Source of the DNA: Candidatus Gottesmanbacteria bacterium | GTDB taxonomy: Bacteria > Patescibacteriota > Microgenomatia > UBA10105 > UBA927 | Direction of reading: 5' to 3' | NCBI GenBank assembly: GCA_963809665.1 | Contig: CAWEKC010000001.1 | Location: forward strand, 158,219-222,218 | Length of the DNA: 64,000 bases | Shown: positions 10,088 through 19,704 of the stretch, piece by piece | Layout of the letters: each line of letters starts with the position of its first letter | How positions within the stretch are numbered: the first letter of the stretch is position 1 | Program-made: the position numbers and the translations under genes | Notes under the pieces: model-generated | Database searches by the model: none | Told to the model about the DNA's origin: nothing | What the model saw: only the letters and a program-made list of their open reading frames with translations

Positions 10088-10705
10088 TTATGCTTTTTGA
10101 ATAACCAGGAGGCTGTTTTTTGCTCCAGGAACTAACCCTTTTACCGTTAAAATGTTTTTTTCTGCATTGATTCCGATAACTGTGAGGCCTTTGACCGTGA
10201 CTTGGTCGCTACCCAGTCTGCCCGCCATACGTTTACCTTTAAACACGCGGCCGGGAGTCGTGGTCATGCCTATTGAACCCGGAGCACGTTCCCGGTCCGA
10301 CTGACCGTGGGTTTTCGGTCCGCCTTTAAAGTGATACCGCTTCACCCCGCCGGCAAATCCTTTCCCTTTGGAGATTCCCATGACGGTAATTGCGTCACCG
10401 ACGGTAAATACGTCGCTCACGTTCACCTGAGTCCCCGGTTTCTCCGTTTCAGCAAGTTCACTCACTGTAAAACTACGCAAATATCGGAGCTTTTTTTCCA
10501 GCCCCGCTTTTTTTATATGACCGGTTTCAGCTTTTGACAGGTTTTTGACTTCACCGAACCCGAGTTGGATGCTTTTATATGTAGGCGTTTGTTCTATGTG
10601 AGTAATCCAGCACGGGCCGGCCTCAATTTCCGTCACGGGTAAACGCTTACCCTCAGCGGTAAAGGTCTGTGTCGGTCCGATTTTTCTTCCCAGTATTGCT
10701 TGCAT
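10088..10705 (-). CDS. rplC: 50S ribosomal protein L3
   Basis: 205 aa, L3 signature (FAGGVKRYHFKGGPKTHGQSDRER). Confidence 0.95.
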   Translation of the reverse strand: MQAILGRKIGPTQTFTAEGKRLPVTEIEAGPCWITHIEQTPTYKSIQLGFGEVKNLSKAETGHIKKAGLEKKLRYLRSFTVSELAETEKPGTQVNVSDVFTVGDAITVMGISKGKGFAGGVKRYHFKGGPKTHGQSDRERAPGSIGMTTTPGRVFKGKRMAGRLGSDQVTVKGLTVIGINAEKNILTVKGLVPGAKNSLLVIQKA

Positions 10706-10719
10706 AGTCTTCTTTGACC

Positions 10720-10743
10720 AAAAAAAATGACCTCGGTGAGGCC
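10720..10743 (-). terminator. intrinsic-terminator-like hairpin (GGCCUC-acc-GAGGUC) followed by U8, 12 nt upstream of the rplC start codon; candidate attenuator
   Basis: read directly from sequence; 6-bp stem incl. one G-U; alternative 5-bp pairing CUCGG...CCGAG upstream shares the 3' arm. Confidence 0.4.
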
Positions 10744-10813
10744 ATGTATATGCTCATCCGAGACTTTTGGTATTCTAGAAATGAAAGGTTTTTCCCTTCA
10801 TAACAATCTAAAT

Positions 10814-10842
10814 AGTATACCAGAGTATCTACGCGAATACAA
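10814..10842 (-). promoter_or_regulatory. sigma70-like promoter TTGTAT-17-TATACT immediately downstream of the rpsJ stop
   Basis: hexamer match and 17-nt spacing read from sequence. Confidence 0.35.
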
Positions 10843-10845
10843 TTT

Positions 10846-11154
10846 TTACATTTTAATTTCTACATCAACGCCGGCAGGTAAATCCAAGTGCATAAGCTGG
10901 TCAATCGTCTTGTCCGTCGGCTCAATGATATCGACCAAGCGTTTGTGCGTCTTGATCATAAAATCCTCCCGTGAATTCCGGTCGATAAAAGGACTTCTCG
11001 CGACATTAAAATGCTCACGGTCTGTCGGAAGCGGGATTGGTCCCACGACACGGGCGCCCGTACGTACGGCTGTGTCTAAAATCTTCTGGCAGCAGTCATC
11101 AATGATCCTGCTGTCATAGGCTTTCAGCCTAACTCGTATTCGTCCTTTCGGCAT
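10846..11154 (-). CDS. rpsJ: 30S ribosomal protein S10
   Basis: 102 aa, typical S10 ([10 protein letters not shown]...). Confidence 0.95.
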   Translation of the reverse strand: MPKGRIRVRLKAYDSRIIDDCCQKILDTAVRTGARVVGPIPLPTDREHFNVARSPFIDRNSREDFMIKTHKRLVDIIEPTDKTIDQLMHLDLPAGVDVEIKM

Positions 11155-11188
11155 ATTATCCCCTTACGGGGTACTTAAAGAGCTTATG

Positions 11189-12376
11189 TTACGCGATAAT
11201 CTTCGTCACCGCTCCCGCTCCTACTGTATGACCACCCTCGCGGATAGCAAATCGTTGTCCTTCTTCCAGGGCAACCGGAACGATGAGTTTGGCGACCATC
11301 TTCGTGTTATCTCCCGGCATGACCATCTCGACGCCGGTCGGCAATTTGATTTCGCCGGTGATATCGGTCGTTTTGATATAAAACTGCGGCCGGTATCCGG
11401 TAAAGAACGGTGTATGCCGTCCGCCCTCTTCTTTTGCGAGCACATAAATCTGCGCTTCAAACTCCGTGTGCGGTTTAACCGATCCCGGTTTGGCGAGTAC
11501 CTGGCCACGTTCAACCTGATCTTTTTCTATACCGCGAAGGAGAATTCCGACGTTGTCGCCGGCCTGTCCTTCATCCAGGAGTTTCCTAAACATTTCTACT
11601 CCCGTCACAACGCTCGACTGCGTAGGCCGAATTCCCACAATTTCAATCGTGTCGTTTACCTTCACGCGTCCCCGCTCAATACGGCCTGTCACGACGGTCC
11701 CGCGGCCTTTAATCGAGAAAATATCCTCGATAGGCATAAGGAACGGTTTTTCAAGGTCGCGGACCGGTGTGGGTATGTATTCGTCCACCGTATCCATGAG
11801 TTTCTGGATCCCTTTTTCCGCTTCCGCATCGCCCTGAAGTGCTTTCAAAGCGCTGCCGCGGATAACCGGGATTTTATCTCCGGGGAATCCGTTCTTCGTT
11901 AACAGTTCACGGACTTCCATTTCGACCAAATCCAGAAGTTCCGCATCCTGTACCATATCGCATTTGTTCATAAATACGACGATCGCTGGCACGTTCACTT
12001 GTTTAGCCAATAGAATGTGTTCGCGGGTCTGCGGCATAGGACCGTCAGGCGCTGAAACCACCAAAATGGCGCCATCCATTTGTGCGGCGCCGGTGATCAT
12101 GTTTTTCACATAATCAGCGTGGCCGGGAGCGTCAATATGCGCATAGTGGCGTTTTTTTGTTTCGTATTCAGAATGATGAATGTTGATGGTAACACCCCGG
12201 GCTTTTTCCTCCGGAGCGCTGTCGATTTCCTCGTATTTGAGGGCTTTGGCAAGACCCTGTTTAGCCAGTACGTGCGTAATGGCTGAAGTTAATGTCGTCT
12301 TCCCATGGTCAACGTGTCCGATGGTTCCGATGTTCAAATGTGGTTTTGTCCGTTCAAATTTTTTCTGTTCTGCCAT
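11189..12376 (-). CDS. tuf: elongation factor Tu (start at [13 protein letters not shown]; the upstream MKEDT codons are the AAGGAGGA Shine-Dalgarno)
   Basis: [23 protein letters not shown]-motifs; full-length EF-Tu. Confidence 0.97.
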   Translation of the reverse strand: MAEQKKFERTKPHLNIGTIGHVDHGKTTLTSAITHVLAKQGLAKALKYEEIDSAPEEKARGVTINIHHSEYETKKRHYAHIDAPGHADYVKNMITGAAQMDGAILVVSAPDGPMPQTREHILLAKQVNVPAIVVFMNKCDMVQDAELLDLVEMEVRELLTKNGFPGDKIPVIRGSALKALQGDAEAEKGIQKLMDTVDEYIPTPVRDLEKPFLMPIEDIFSIKGRGTVVTGRIERGRVKVNDTIEIVGIRPTQSSVVTGVEMFRKLLDEGQAGDNVGILLRGIEKDQVERGQVLAKPGSVKPHTEFEAQIYVLAKEEGGRHTPFFTGYRPQFYIKTTDITGEIKLPTGVEMVMPGDNTKMVAKLIVPVALEEGQRFAIREGGHTVGAGAVTKIIA

Positions 12377-12433
12377 AGTATCCTCCTTCAAAACAATAAA
12401 TTAATACAGCTAATTGCTTAGCTTTGTTTTGGT

Positions 12434-12462
12434 ATTGTATCACGGCTAGGTTAGCTTGACAA
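12434..12462 (-). promoter_or_regulatory. sigma70-like promoter TTGTCA-17-TACAAT upstream of tuf, with strong SD GAAGGAGGA before ATG
   Basis: hexamers and spacing read from sequence in the fusA-tuf spacer. Confidence 0.5.
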
Positions 12463-12473
12463 TAGGTCGTACT

Positions 12474-14604
12474 CTACCTATTTGCACCCGGGGACGTCGC
12501 ACGGCCTGATGATTCGATGATTTTCTCCTGGATATTGCGCGGAACCTCTTCATAGTGGGAGGGTTCCATATAATAGGTAGCCCTGCCTTTGGACATACTC
12601 CGCAGTGTCGTGGCATACCCGGAAAGCTCGGCCAGGGGAACCATCGCCAAAATCACGGTCACGTGTCCCCGTTTGGTTGTGCCCAGGATCTGACTCCGTT
12701 TGGCGCCCAAATCTCCGATAACGTCTCCCATAAACTCATCCGGGGTCGTCACTTCAACCTTCATGACGGGCTCAAGAATCGTCGCCTGCGCCTGCTTGAC
12801 TGCGTTCTGCAGGGCCATGGAGCCTGCGATTTTAAATGCCATTTCGTTTGAGTCCACCTCGTGGTACGTTCCGTCGTAGAGGTTTACCTGCATGTCAACC
12901 AGCGGATACCCCGCAATGACGCCGTTTTCCATCGCTTCCTTGATACCTTTTTCAATCGGGGCGATAAACTCCTTGGGGATTGCTCCTCCTTTGATGTCAT
13001 TGATAAATTCATATCCTTCGCCGCGGCCTTTAGGCTCAATAGTAATGAAACAATGCCCGTATTGCCCGCGTCCTCCCGACTGGCGGATATATTTCCCTTC
13101 ACCTTCGGCTTTTACTTTAATTGTTTCTTTATATGCCACCTGCGGGGCGCCGACATTGGCCTCAACTTTAAACTCCCGCTTCATGCGGTCGACCAGAATC
13201 TCAAGATGGAGCTCTCCCATTCCCCAGATAATGGTCTGGTTGGTTTCAAGATTACTTTTGATCTTAAACGTCGGATCTTCTTCAGAGAGCCTTTGCAGCG
13301 CATACCCCATTTTCTCCTGGTCATTTTTAGTCTTAGGCTCGATGGCAAGAGAAATAACCGGATCGGGGAAGGTAATTTTCTCCAAAATAATCGGCGCATC
13401 TTTGTCACAGATCGTGTCGCCGGTAATTGTCTCTTTAAATCCGACAACGGCCACGATTTCTCCCGCATATGCCTCTTTGATCTCTTCGCGCTGGTTGGCG
13501 TGCATGAGTAGCAACCGACCCACACGTTCCGCGACGCCTTTGGTTGAGTTGTATGCATAAGACCCGGACTGCAGCCGGCCGGAATAAATACGTACATACG
13601 TGAGTTTCCCTACGTGCGGATCGATCTGAATTTTGAATGCCAAGCCGCAGAATTTTTCCTCTTTTGTACGTTTGCGGTCTATTTTTGCTTCGGTCTTGGG
13701 ATCCGTGCCGGTAACCGGCGGAAGGTCAAGGGGGCTGGGGAGATAATCCACGACAGCATCCAAAAGCGGCTGTACCCCTTTATTGCGGAGACTGCTTCCT
13801 GCATAAATCGGAACGAGTTTGTAGCCGATGACCGCACGCCGCAGCGCTTTCTTTAATTCCTCAATACTGTGGTTCCTGCCCGTTGAGAAATTTCTCAAGT
13901 AGTACGTCATCGGTTTCACTGATGCGCTCGATAAGATCGGCGCGGGATTTCTCTACTTCGGCTTTTAATTCCGCGGGGACGTCCTCTTCGTCGGCGTGTG
14001 CCCCTAAATCTTCCGTGTGCCAAATATAGGCTTTGCGCGTTAATACGTCGACCACTCCTTTAAACGTATTTTCCCGCCCGATCGGTACAACCATCACCGC
14101 ACACCTGGCGCCAAGACGTTCTTCGATGGATTTAATCGTAGCGCGGAAATCCGCGCCCAACTTGTCCATTTTATTGATAAAACAAAGCCGCGGTACTGCG
14201 TATTTATCCGCCTGATGCCAGACGGTTTCCGATTGTGACTGCACGCCTTCCTCCGCATCCAGTACCGTAATGCCTCCGTCCAGAACCCTGAGCGACCGTT
14301 CTACTTCAGCGGTAAAATCAACATGTCCGGGAGTATCAATAATGTTAAACCGGTATCCTTTCCAGAATGTGGTCGTGGCGGCGGAAACGATGGTAATTCC
14401 CCTCTCGCGCTCCTGTTCCATCCAGTCCATCTGGGTGGTGCCTTCATCAATGTCGCCTATTTTGTAGCTTCGGCCGGTGTAATAGAGAATGCGTTCCGTG
14501 GTCGTGGTTTTGCCCGCATCGATATGCGCGATAATTCCGATGTTCCGTACTTTATCAAGCGGTACATCTCTCTGTTCAGTCGTGATAGTCGTAGGGGCTG
14601 CCAT
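12474..14604 (-). CDS. fusA: elongation factor G, split into two overlapping ORFs by a 1-nt frame disruption near 13867-13872 (likely start [13 protein letters not shown] at 14604)
   Basis: N-terminal ORF (13861-14622) has [10 protein letters not shown]-domain; C-terminal ORF (12474-13919) continues with [10 protein letters not shown]...[28 protein letters not shown]; alignment across the junction is seamless if one nt is skipped. Confidence 0.9.
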
Positions 14605-14655
14605 AATAATAAAAACAGCCACGCACTTGCGCAGCCGCCGTGTTTCAACAGTGAT

Positions 14656-14684
14656 ATTGTACTAAAAAAATGAATTACTGTCTA
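14656..14684 (-). promoter_or_regulatory. candidate promoter TAGACA-17-TACAAT upstream of fusA, overlapping the 3' end of the preceding small gene
   Basis: read from sequence. Confidence 0.3.
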
Positions 14685-14938
14685 TATCTTCCCCAAAGGC
14701 GTTTGAAGAACGGAAGGGTGAGGGTAGAAAGAAGAAAACCGAGAGACGGAATGATTGCGTTAAGCCAGGGATTAACAATTGCGATTGCCTGCATATAAAA
14801 CCCGACGGAAAGGTATGTAAAAAGAATTAGGAGGCCGCGTCTACTCCAGCTCGTCTCCCACGCCTTATCCTGCTCCACGCGGGCATTCCTTTTTTCAATC
14901 ACTGCGATTCGGTTTTCAAGATCATTAATATTTGTCAT
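14675..14938 (-). CDS. hypothetical small membrane protein (N-terminal coiled coil, two TM helices)
   Basis: 87-aa ORF, 4-nt overlap with upstream gene, hydrophobic segments. Confidence 0.5.
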   Translation of the reverse strand: MTNINDLENRIAVIEKRNARVEQDKAWETSWSRRGLLILFTYLSVGFYMQAIAIVNPWLNAIIPSLGFLLSTLTLPFFKRLWGRYRQ

Positions 14939-15561
14939 GGCAAAGTGAATTTAATGAACTTTCCCCCGTTGTCGTACCACGTGGCGCCGGAGAGGAGTTC
15001 GAATTCGTATGACGTTCCTCTTTCAAGAGAATTGATCTGGACGGAGTGTACACTCACGGCTTGCTGATTATCAGCAAGATACAAACGTGAACTCACAGGT
15101 AATAACGGTGCTTTGCCAAGCTGCACCGCCCCGATACGCGCAGCATCCGTTGTCCATGAGATAAGTACGGATGTCATGCCGGCGGGCATCACCTGAACAC
15201 TGCGCGGTGTTTCTTCCGGACCGGCTTTAACCGCCTGCCTGCTTCCCTGCCCGACATAGGTAAGTACCGCCGGAATACCGGCAATCATAAGGGCGATGAC
15301 AAACGCGCCGATTATATTTTTCCAGTTGTGCACGCGGTCCATAAAAAACATGGCGAATGCGATAACAAACAACAATGCGGAAATAACAAACGGGGCATAC
15401 ATCGCATACGGTTCAATCACGCTCACCAAAAAAGACTGTTGCGGTGCTTGAACAACCTTATGAGATACGGCCGCAGTATTATGTGCGGTTAGTTCCTGTA
15501 TCTGAACAAAATAGGTCGATGCAACCTGTAGCGGTATAGCGGTTGTCATATCAATTGGCAA
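14935..15561 (-). CDS. membrane protein with C-terminal fibronectin type III-like domain
   Basis: TM helices then FN3-like start VLISWTTDA...YEFEL. Confidence 0.55.
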   Translation of the reverse strand: MPIDMTTAIPLQVASTYFVQIQELTAHNTAAVSHKVVQAPQQSFLVSVIEPYAMYAPFVISALLFVIAFAMFFMDRVHNWKNIIGAFVIALMIAGIPAVLTYVGQGSRQAVKAGPEETPRSVQVMPAGMTSVLISWTTDAARIGAVQLGKAPLLPVSSRLYLADNQQAVSVHSVQINSLERGTSYEFELLSGATWYDNGGKFIKFTLP

Positions 15562-16528
15562 AATCCTGAACGAACATCGTTCCCCACGTCACTGTGCTGA
15601 TAATTCCTATCCCTATCCGGCGGAATGACGGGTCCATAATATTCTGACGGTGGCCCGGACTGTCCATAAGACCATTATGGGCCGTCATGAGATCCGGAGC
15701 ATAGGCGATGTTTTCTCCGGCAACGGTAAATAATATTCCTGCTTTCTCCAGCCGGTCACCGGCGTTTAGCCCCTCCGGTGTCACGTGAGAAAAATAGTGC
15801 CGTAAAAACATGTCTTTTGCGTGCGCTTCGGCAACGGCGGTCATAGCGGGATCAACCCGTACCGGTTCAACCCGAAGCTTCGCGCGTTCCTGGTTTATCA
15901 GATTCACCATCTTCTCCTCATCGGATGTATCAACGGTTAGCTCGCTTTCTACCGGAGATATGGGAAGGGAAATGGTTTCATTGGAATCCGGCTCTACCGT
16001 AAGAAACTTCAGAACCTCTTCACGCGCCTGATCGATCGTGGTCGCAATCGGACCTCCGTATTTTTCCGCAATGGTTACCAGATAATTTCCGATTTTTGAC
16101 TGCTGCACGTCCGGTTTTATCGATCCCCGGACCGGTAGCGCGAGAATGACCAGAAGAAAAAAGGCAATGATCACCAGTCCGTCTGCTATAGACACAAATA
16201 TGCCCAGGAATTTATTCACCGGCGAGAAAACCAATTTCTGCGGCAATTTAACCAAAAGGAGTTGCACCAGTGCCGAAAAGATTGCCTGGGCGACGAATGC
16301 AACGATGATGTATCCCAACACCCCTGTCCATATGGACGAAATGCCGAACGTCCGCGAGAGGAAATCCCCGACCGGTGCATGGAATTTTATAGACAGATAC
16401 AGAGAAGCCAAAAACGTTACGAAGCTTAAGCCTAAATCCGCAAAGCCTGCATTCCACCCCTGCACGGCGTAATACAGAAGAATTGCAATGATGGTCCAGT
16501 CCACCCAGTTGAAAACTGTCCAGAACAT
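15551..16528 (-). CDS. CvpA-family membrane domain fused to CAP/SCP/PR-1-like extracellular domain
   Basis: N-terminal 4-TM CvpA-like; C-terminal HYFSHVTPEG...GENIAY...SPGHRQNIMDPSFRRIGIG (CAP motifs). Confidence 0.7.
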   Translation of the reverse strand: MFWTVFNWVDWTIIAILLYYAVQGWNAGFADLGLSFVTFLASLYLSIKFHAPVGDFLSRTFGISSIWTGVLGYIIVAFVAQAIFSALVQLLLVKLPQKLVFSPVNKFLGIFVSIADGLVIIAFFLLVILALPVRGSIKPDVQQSKIGNYLVTIAEKYGGPIATTIDQAREEVLKFLTVEPDSNETISLPISPVESELTVDTSDEEKMVNLINQERAKLRVEPVRVDPAMTAVAEAHAKDMFLRHYFSHVTPEGLNAGDRLEKAGILFTVAGENIAYAPDLMTAHNGLMDSPGHRQNIMDPSFRRIGIGIISTVTWGTMFVQDFAN

Positions 16529-16571
16529 GTACTACTATTGTACCTGATACGCGTAACCCACGTCATAAGAT

Positions 16572-18128
16572 ATGATTATTCTTCTTTTGTTTTCATTTCT
16601 GGCCGGTATCGTGACAATCCTGTCCCCGTGCATACTGCCCGTCCTTCCTATTGTGCTTGCCGGTTCCATAGCCGGAGATAAACGCCGGCCGCTGTTGATT
16701 GTAAGCGGATTTATCGTCAGTTTCACCGTATTCACCCTGTTTCTATCCGCACTTGTGAAGGCAACCGGCATACCACCGGACACGATGCGCTATGTTGCGA
16801 TATTCGTCATTGCGGTTTTCGGACTCAGTCTGGCAGCAAACATTGAATTATTCAGGGCTTCTTATATTCCGAAAACAACGAACGGATTTTTGCTGGGGAT
16901 GAGTCTCGGACTTGTATGGGCTCCGTGTGTCGGACCGATTTTAGCTTCGGTTATTGCTCTTGCTGCAACGGGCACGGTTACCGGCCAGACTTTTGCTATC
17001 ACTCTTTTGTATTCTCTGGGAACGGCAATTCCTATGATAATCATTTTGTACGGAGGACGCAGGTATATCCCGGTAACACCACATATTCAAAAAATATTCG
17101 GTGTTCTCATGATCGCCATTGCACTCTTCATGTTTCTTAATCTGGACAGAAAATTTGAAACATGGATACTGACCGTTTTTCCGAATTACGGAGCAGGGCT
17201 GACAAAAATAGAAAGCATGGCAATCGTGCAAAAGCAATTATCCTCTATGGAAAACGCACCGGATTTTACCGGCGGGCAACAGTGGTTTAATTCAAAACCT
17301 CTCACTATGACCCAGTTGCGGGGCAAAGTTGTCCTTGTGGATTTCTGGACATATACGTGCATCAACTGCATCAGGACGTTCCCCTACACCAAAGCGTGGT
17401 GGGAAAAATATAAGGATAAAGGGTTTGTTCTTGTGGGTATCCACACTCCGGAGTTTGAATTTGAAAAGGACGCGGGTAATGTGGGCCGCGCGATAAAAGA
17501 TTTCGGAATCACCTACCCCGTGGTGCAGGATAACAATTACACAATATGGAACGCGTACGGCAACCAGTACTGGCCAGCGGATTATCTTATTGATAAAAAC
17601 GGGGTAATCCGTGATACACACTTCGGCGAGGGTGACTACGATACCACGGAAAAGAAAATTCAGGAACTGTTGGGCATTTCCATGCCTGTCAAAAATCCCA
17701 CGTATCAGGTGAATACGCAAACTCCGGAAACATATCTCGGGCTTAACCGTCTCGGAGCACTCTCTTCACCGGAAACGCCAACAACTACCGGCGCCTCACA
17801 AACATTTACCGCGCCCGATCCCGTTCCCTACAATACATTTGCATTTGTGGGTCTTTGGACTGAATCACCGGAGCGTGCGATACCGGATACGGGCGCGTCT
17901 CTGGTCTACCATTTCGATGCAACGGATGTCTATCTGGTTATGAGACCGAAGGTTGAAGGAACTCCCGGAAAGGTTCAGGTATATATGGACGGAAAATTGA
18001 CCGATACGATAACTGTTGACACCGACCGGTTATATACGCTTATTAAACTACCAAAACAAGGGGAACATCTTTTGCAGATGAATTTTCTGGATGGAAATCT
18101 CGAGCTCTACGCGTTTACGTTCGGGTAA
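16572..18128 (+). CDS. CcdA/DsbD-family thiol-disulfide transporter fused to TlpA/ResA-like thioredoxin domain
   Basis: TM domain with LSPCILP and WAPCVGP cysteine pairs; periplasmic thioredoxin fold with WTYTCINC (CxxC). Confidence 0.8.
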   Translation: MIILLLFSFLAGIVTILSPCILPVLPIVLAGSIAGDKRRPLLIVSGFIVSFTVFTLFLSALVKATGIPPDTMRYVAIFVIAVFGLSLAANIELFRASYIPKTTNGFLLGMSLGLVWAPCVGPILASVIALAATGTVTGQTFAITLLYSLGTAIPMIIILYGGRRYIPVTPHIQKIFGVLMIAIALFMFLNLDRKFETWILTVFPNYGAGLTKIESMAIVQKQLSSMENAPDFTGGQQWFNSKPLTMTQLRGKVVLVDFWTYTCINCIRTFPYTKAWWEKYKDKGFVLVGIHTPEFEFEKDAGNVGRAIKDFGITYPVVQDNNYTIWNAYGNQYWPADYLIDKNGVIRDTHFGEGDYDTTEKKIQELLGISMPVKNPTYQVNTQTPETYLGLNRLGALSSPETPTTTGASQTFTAPDPVPYNTFAFVGLWTESPERAIPDTGASLVYHFDATDVYLVMRPKVEGTPGKVQVYMDGKLTDTITVDTDRLYTLIKLPKQGEHLLQMNFLDGNLELYAFTFG

Positions 18129-18140
18129 ATTAAAGCGCAG

Positions 18141-18500
18141 TTATGGAAGTTGGGAATCGCTGAAATCCACACATTTTTCATTGTGCGTTGCCTTCAGAGT
18201 CCAAAGATTAGGCCTCGAATACCGGACAACCGCAACAATCCGAGTAATCATATCGTTTGCCTGGGCTGCAAGAGTGCCTGATTTCGTCGCATTCCGTAGA
18301 CAGGATTCCAGCGTATATAAGGCATCGGCGCTTCGTTCACACTGCATGGATAATGATATACCCCTGGCAAATATATCTGAATTGATGGCATCTAAACTGC
18401 TGTCGTTCGTCTGATAACAAACCCGCTGCGTATTCACAGGCGGGAAGAATAGATAGAACAATATGCCTATGACAAGAAGCACCAGTATCCAGAATTTCAT
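18141..18500 (-). CDS. hypothetical small secreted/membrane-anchored cysteine-containing protein
   Basis: 119 aa, N-terminal hydrophobic anchor, 4 Cys. Confidence 0.45.
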   Translation of the reverse strand: MKFWILVLLVIGILFYLFFPPVNTQRVCYQTNDSSLDAINSDIFARGISLSMQCERSADALYTLESCLRNATKSGTLAAQANDMITRIVAVVRYSRPNLWTLKATHNEKCVDFSDSQLP

Positions 18501-18522
18501 TACAGTATCATTATACCAAAGT

Positions 18523-19119
18523 TTATAATTCCAAACTCCTCCACAAAATGCGTGCTGCCCAGGTACGGTACGGCGTCCATTTGTTCACTATTTTTTCCAG
18601 TTGTTTACGCGTCGGATCGCGCCTGAATTTGTATAACCGCTTCATCGCATTACGAAGACCTAAATCACCGTACGAAAACACATCCTCACGGCCAAGTGAG
18701 AACATGAGAAACATTTCCGCAGTCCAGGGGCCGATACCTTTGACTTTTATTAATTCTGTAATGACTTCTTCATTGCTCATACCCCGGAGCTTATGCAAAT
18801 GAATAGTCTTATGCTGCACACCGGTTGCTAAATTTTTAATATAAGAAATTTTAGACCACGAGGTACCCACTAACCGGATTTTTGAATCCGGCAACGCTAA
18901 TAATCTTTCCGGGGTTACTTTTTCTTCCGGAAACAACGCGAGAAAGCGATTCCAAATCGTATTCCCTGCTTTTTCCGATAGCTGTTGGTTGATGATAGAC
19001 TCACAAAGTACAACAAAATAATCTGCCTGTCTGGAAATGCTTACGGGAGGGATATCGGCTATGACGGAATGAAGTATGGGATCAACTTTTTTGAAATGAT
19101 CCCGTACGCGTTTATCCAT
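18523..19119 (-). CDS. HhH-GPD superfamily DNA glycosylase (AlkA / 3-methyladenine glycosylase II-like)
   Basis: VKGIGPWTAEMFLMFSLGREDVFSYGDLGLRNAM helix-hairpin-helix Gly/Pro Asp motif. Confidence 0.75.
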   Translation of the reverse strand: MDKRVRDHFKKVDPILHSVIADIPPVSISRQADYFVVLCESIINQQLSEKAGNTIWNRFLALFPEEKVTPERLLALPDSKIRLVGTSWSKISYIKNLATGVQHKTIHLHKLRGMSNEEVITELIKVKGIGPWTAEMFLMFSLGREDVFSYGDLGLRNAMKRLYKFRRDPTRKQLEKIVNKWTPYRTWAARILWRSLEL

Positions 19120-19684
19120 GTGTCTTTTGAGAGCCGGATAACTTTCGCTCCATTAAAATGTCCTGAACGGCACATATGACCGCGACAATCTTATCGTGTT
19201 CATCTTTCGGAAGTTCAGACATACGTATGTTTCTTACGCGAAAATCCAAAATTTCTAATGACATTTGTTCTAATTCAGGATCATGGTCTGTTACTAACCG
19301 CCGCAATACGCGGGACGTGGCTATAGTTGACCAATCATGAAGAAATGCTTTTGTCACCTTTTTTAATGCCGCTATCTCTTTTTGCCTTTGTATTAAATCC
19401 TCACGTATCCAACGGTCGGCTGACCGACGGCGCATGCCGCCGAGTAAATCCTGAACGGTTTCCATTTGCTCTGTGAGATATTTATCCTGTGCCCGTGCTT
19501 GTACTTCAGTCCGCAGCTCAGTGGTGAATATAAAATCTATGTCCCCGGAACCGGGACGGACACCTGAAATCGGCGGGAGTTTGCCGTTTTTTCTCTCTAA
19601 CCACCGCTCGCGCAAATCATCAAGATTATGAGCGCTACGGAACGTTGACTCACCGACTATTGCGGATTCTATGCGACATTTCAC
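19112..19684 (-). CDS. hypothetical protein (no recognizable family)
   Basis: 190-aa ORF, 8-nt overlap with the glycosylase gene, co-directional. Confidence 0.45.
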   Translation of the reverse strand: MKCRIESAIVGESTFRSAHNLDDLRERWLERKNGKLPPISGVRPGSGDIDFIFTTELRTEVQARAQDKYLTEQMETVQDLLGGMRRRSADRWIREDLIQRQKEIAALKKVTKAFLHDWSTIATSRVLRRLVTDHDPELEQMSLEILDFRVRNIRMSELPKDEHDKIVAVICAVQDILMERKLSGSQKTHG

Positions 19685-19704
19685 ATGTTTATATTAGCTA
19701 GAAA

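Noticed and set aside
10706-10845. 140-bp spacer checked as a possible tRNA or small RNA gene
   Set aside because: No T-loop/D-loop/acceptor-stem pattern on either strand. Promoter plus hairpin/U-tract is a better explanation.
11186-11902. 238-aa plus-strand ORF
   Set aside because: Antisense to tuf; low-complexity translation; rejected as spurious.
12456-12484. Plus-strand TTGACA hexamer in the fusA-tuf spacer
   Set aside because: It is the reverse-complement coincidence of the minus-strand TTGTCA -35 box. There is no acceptable -10 at 16-18 nt on the plus strand and no plus-strand gene to drive.
13861-13919. Possibility of programmed +1 ribosomal frameshifting in fusA
   Set aside because: No prfB-like slippery codon/internal SD context and no precedent for recoding in EF-G; a 1-nt assembly indel is the simpler explanation.
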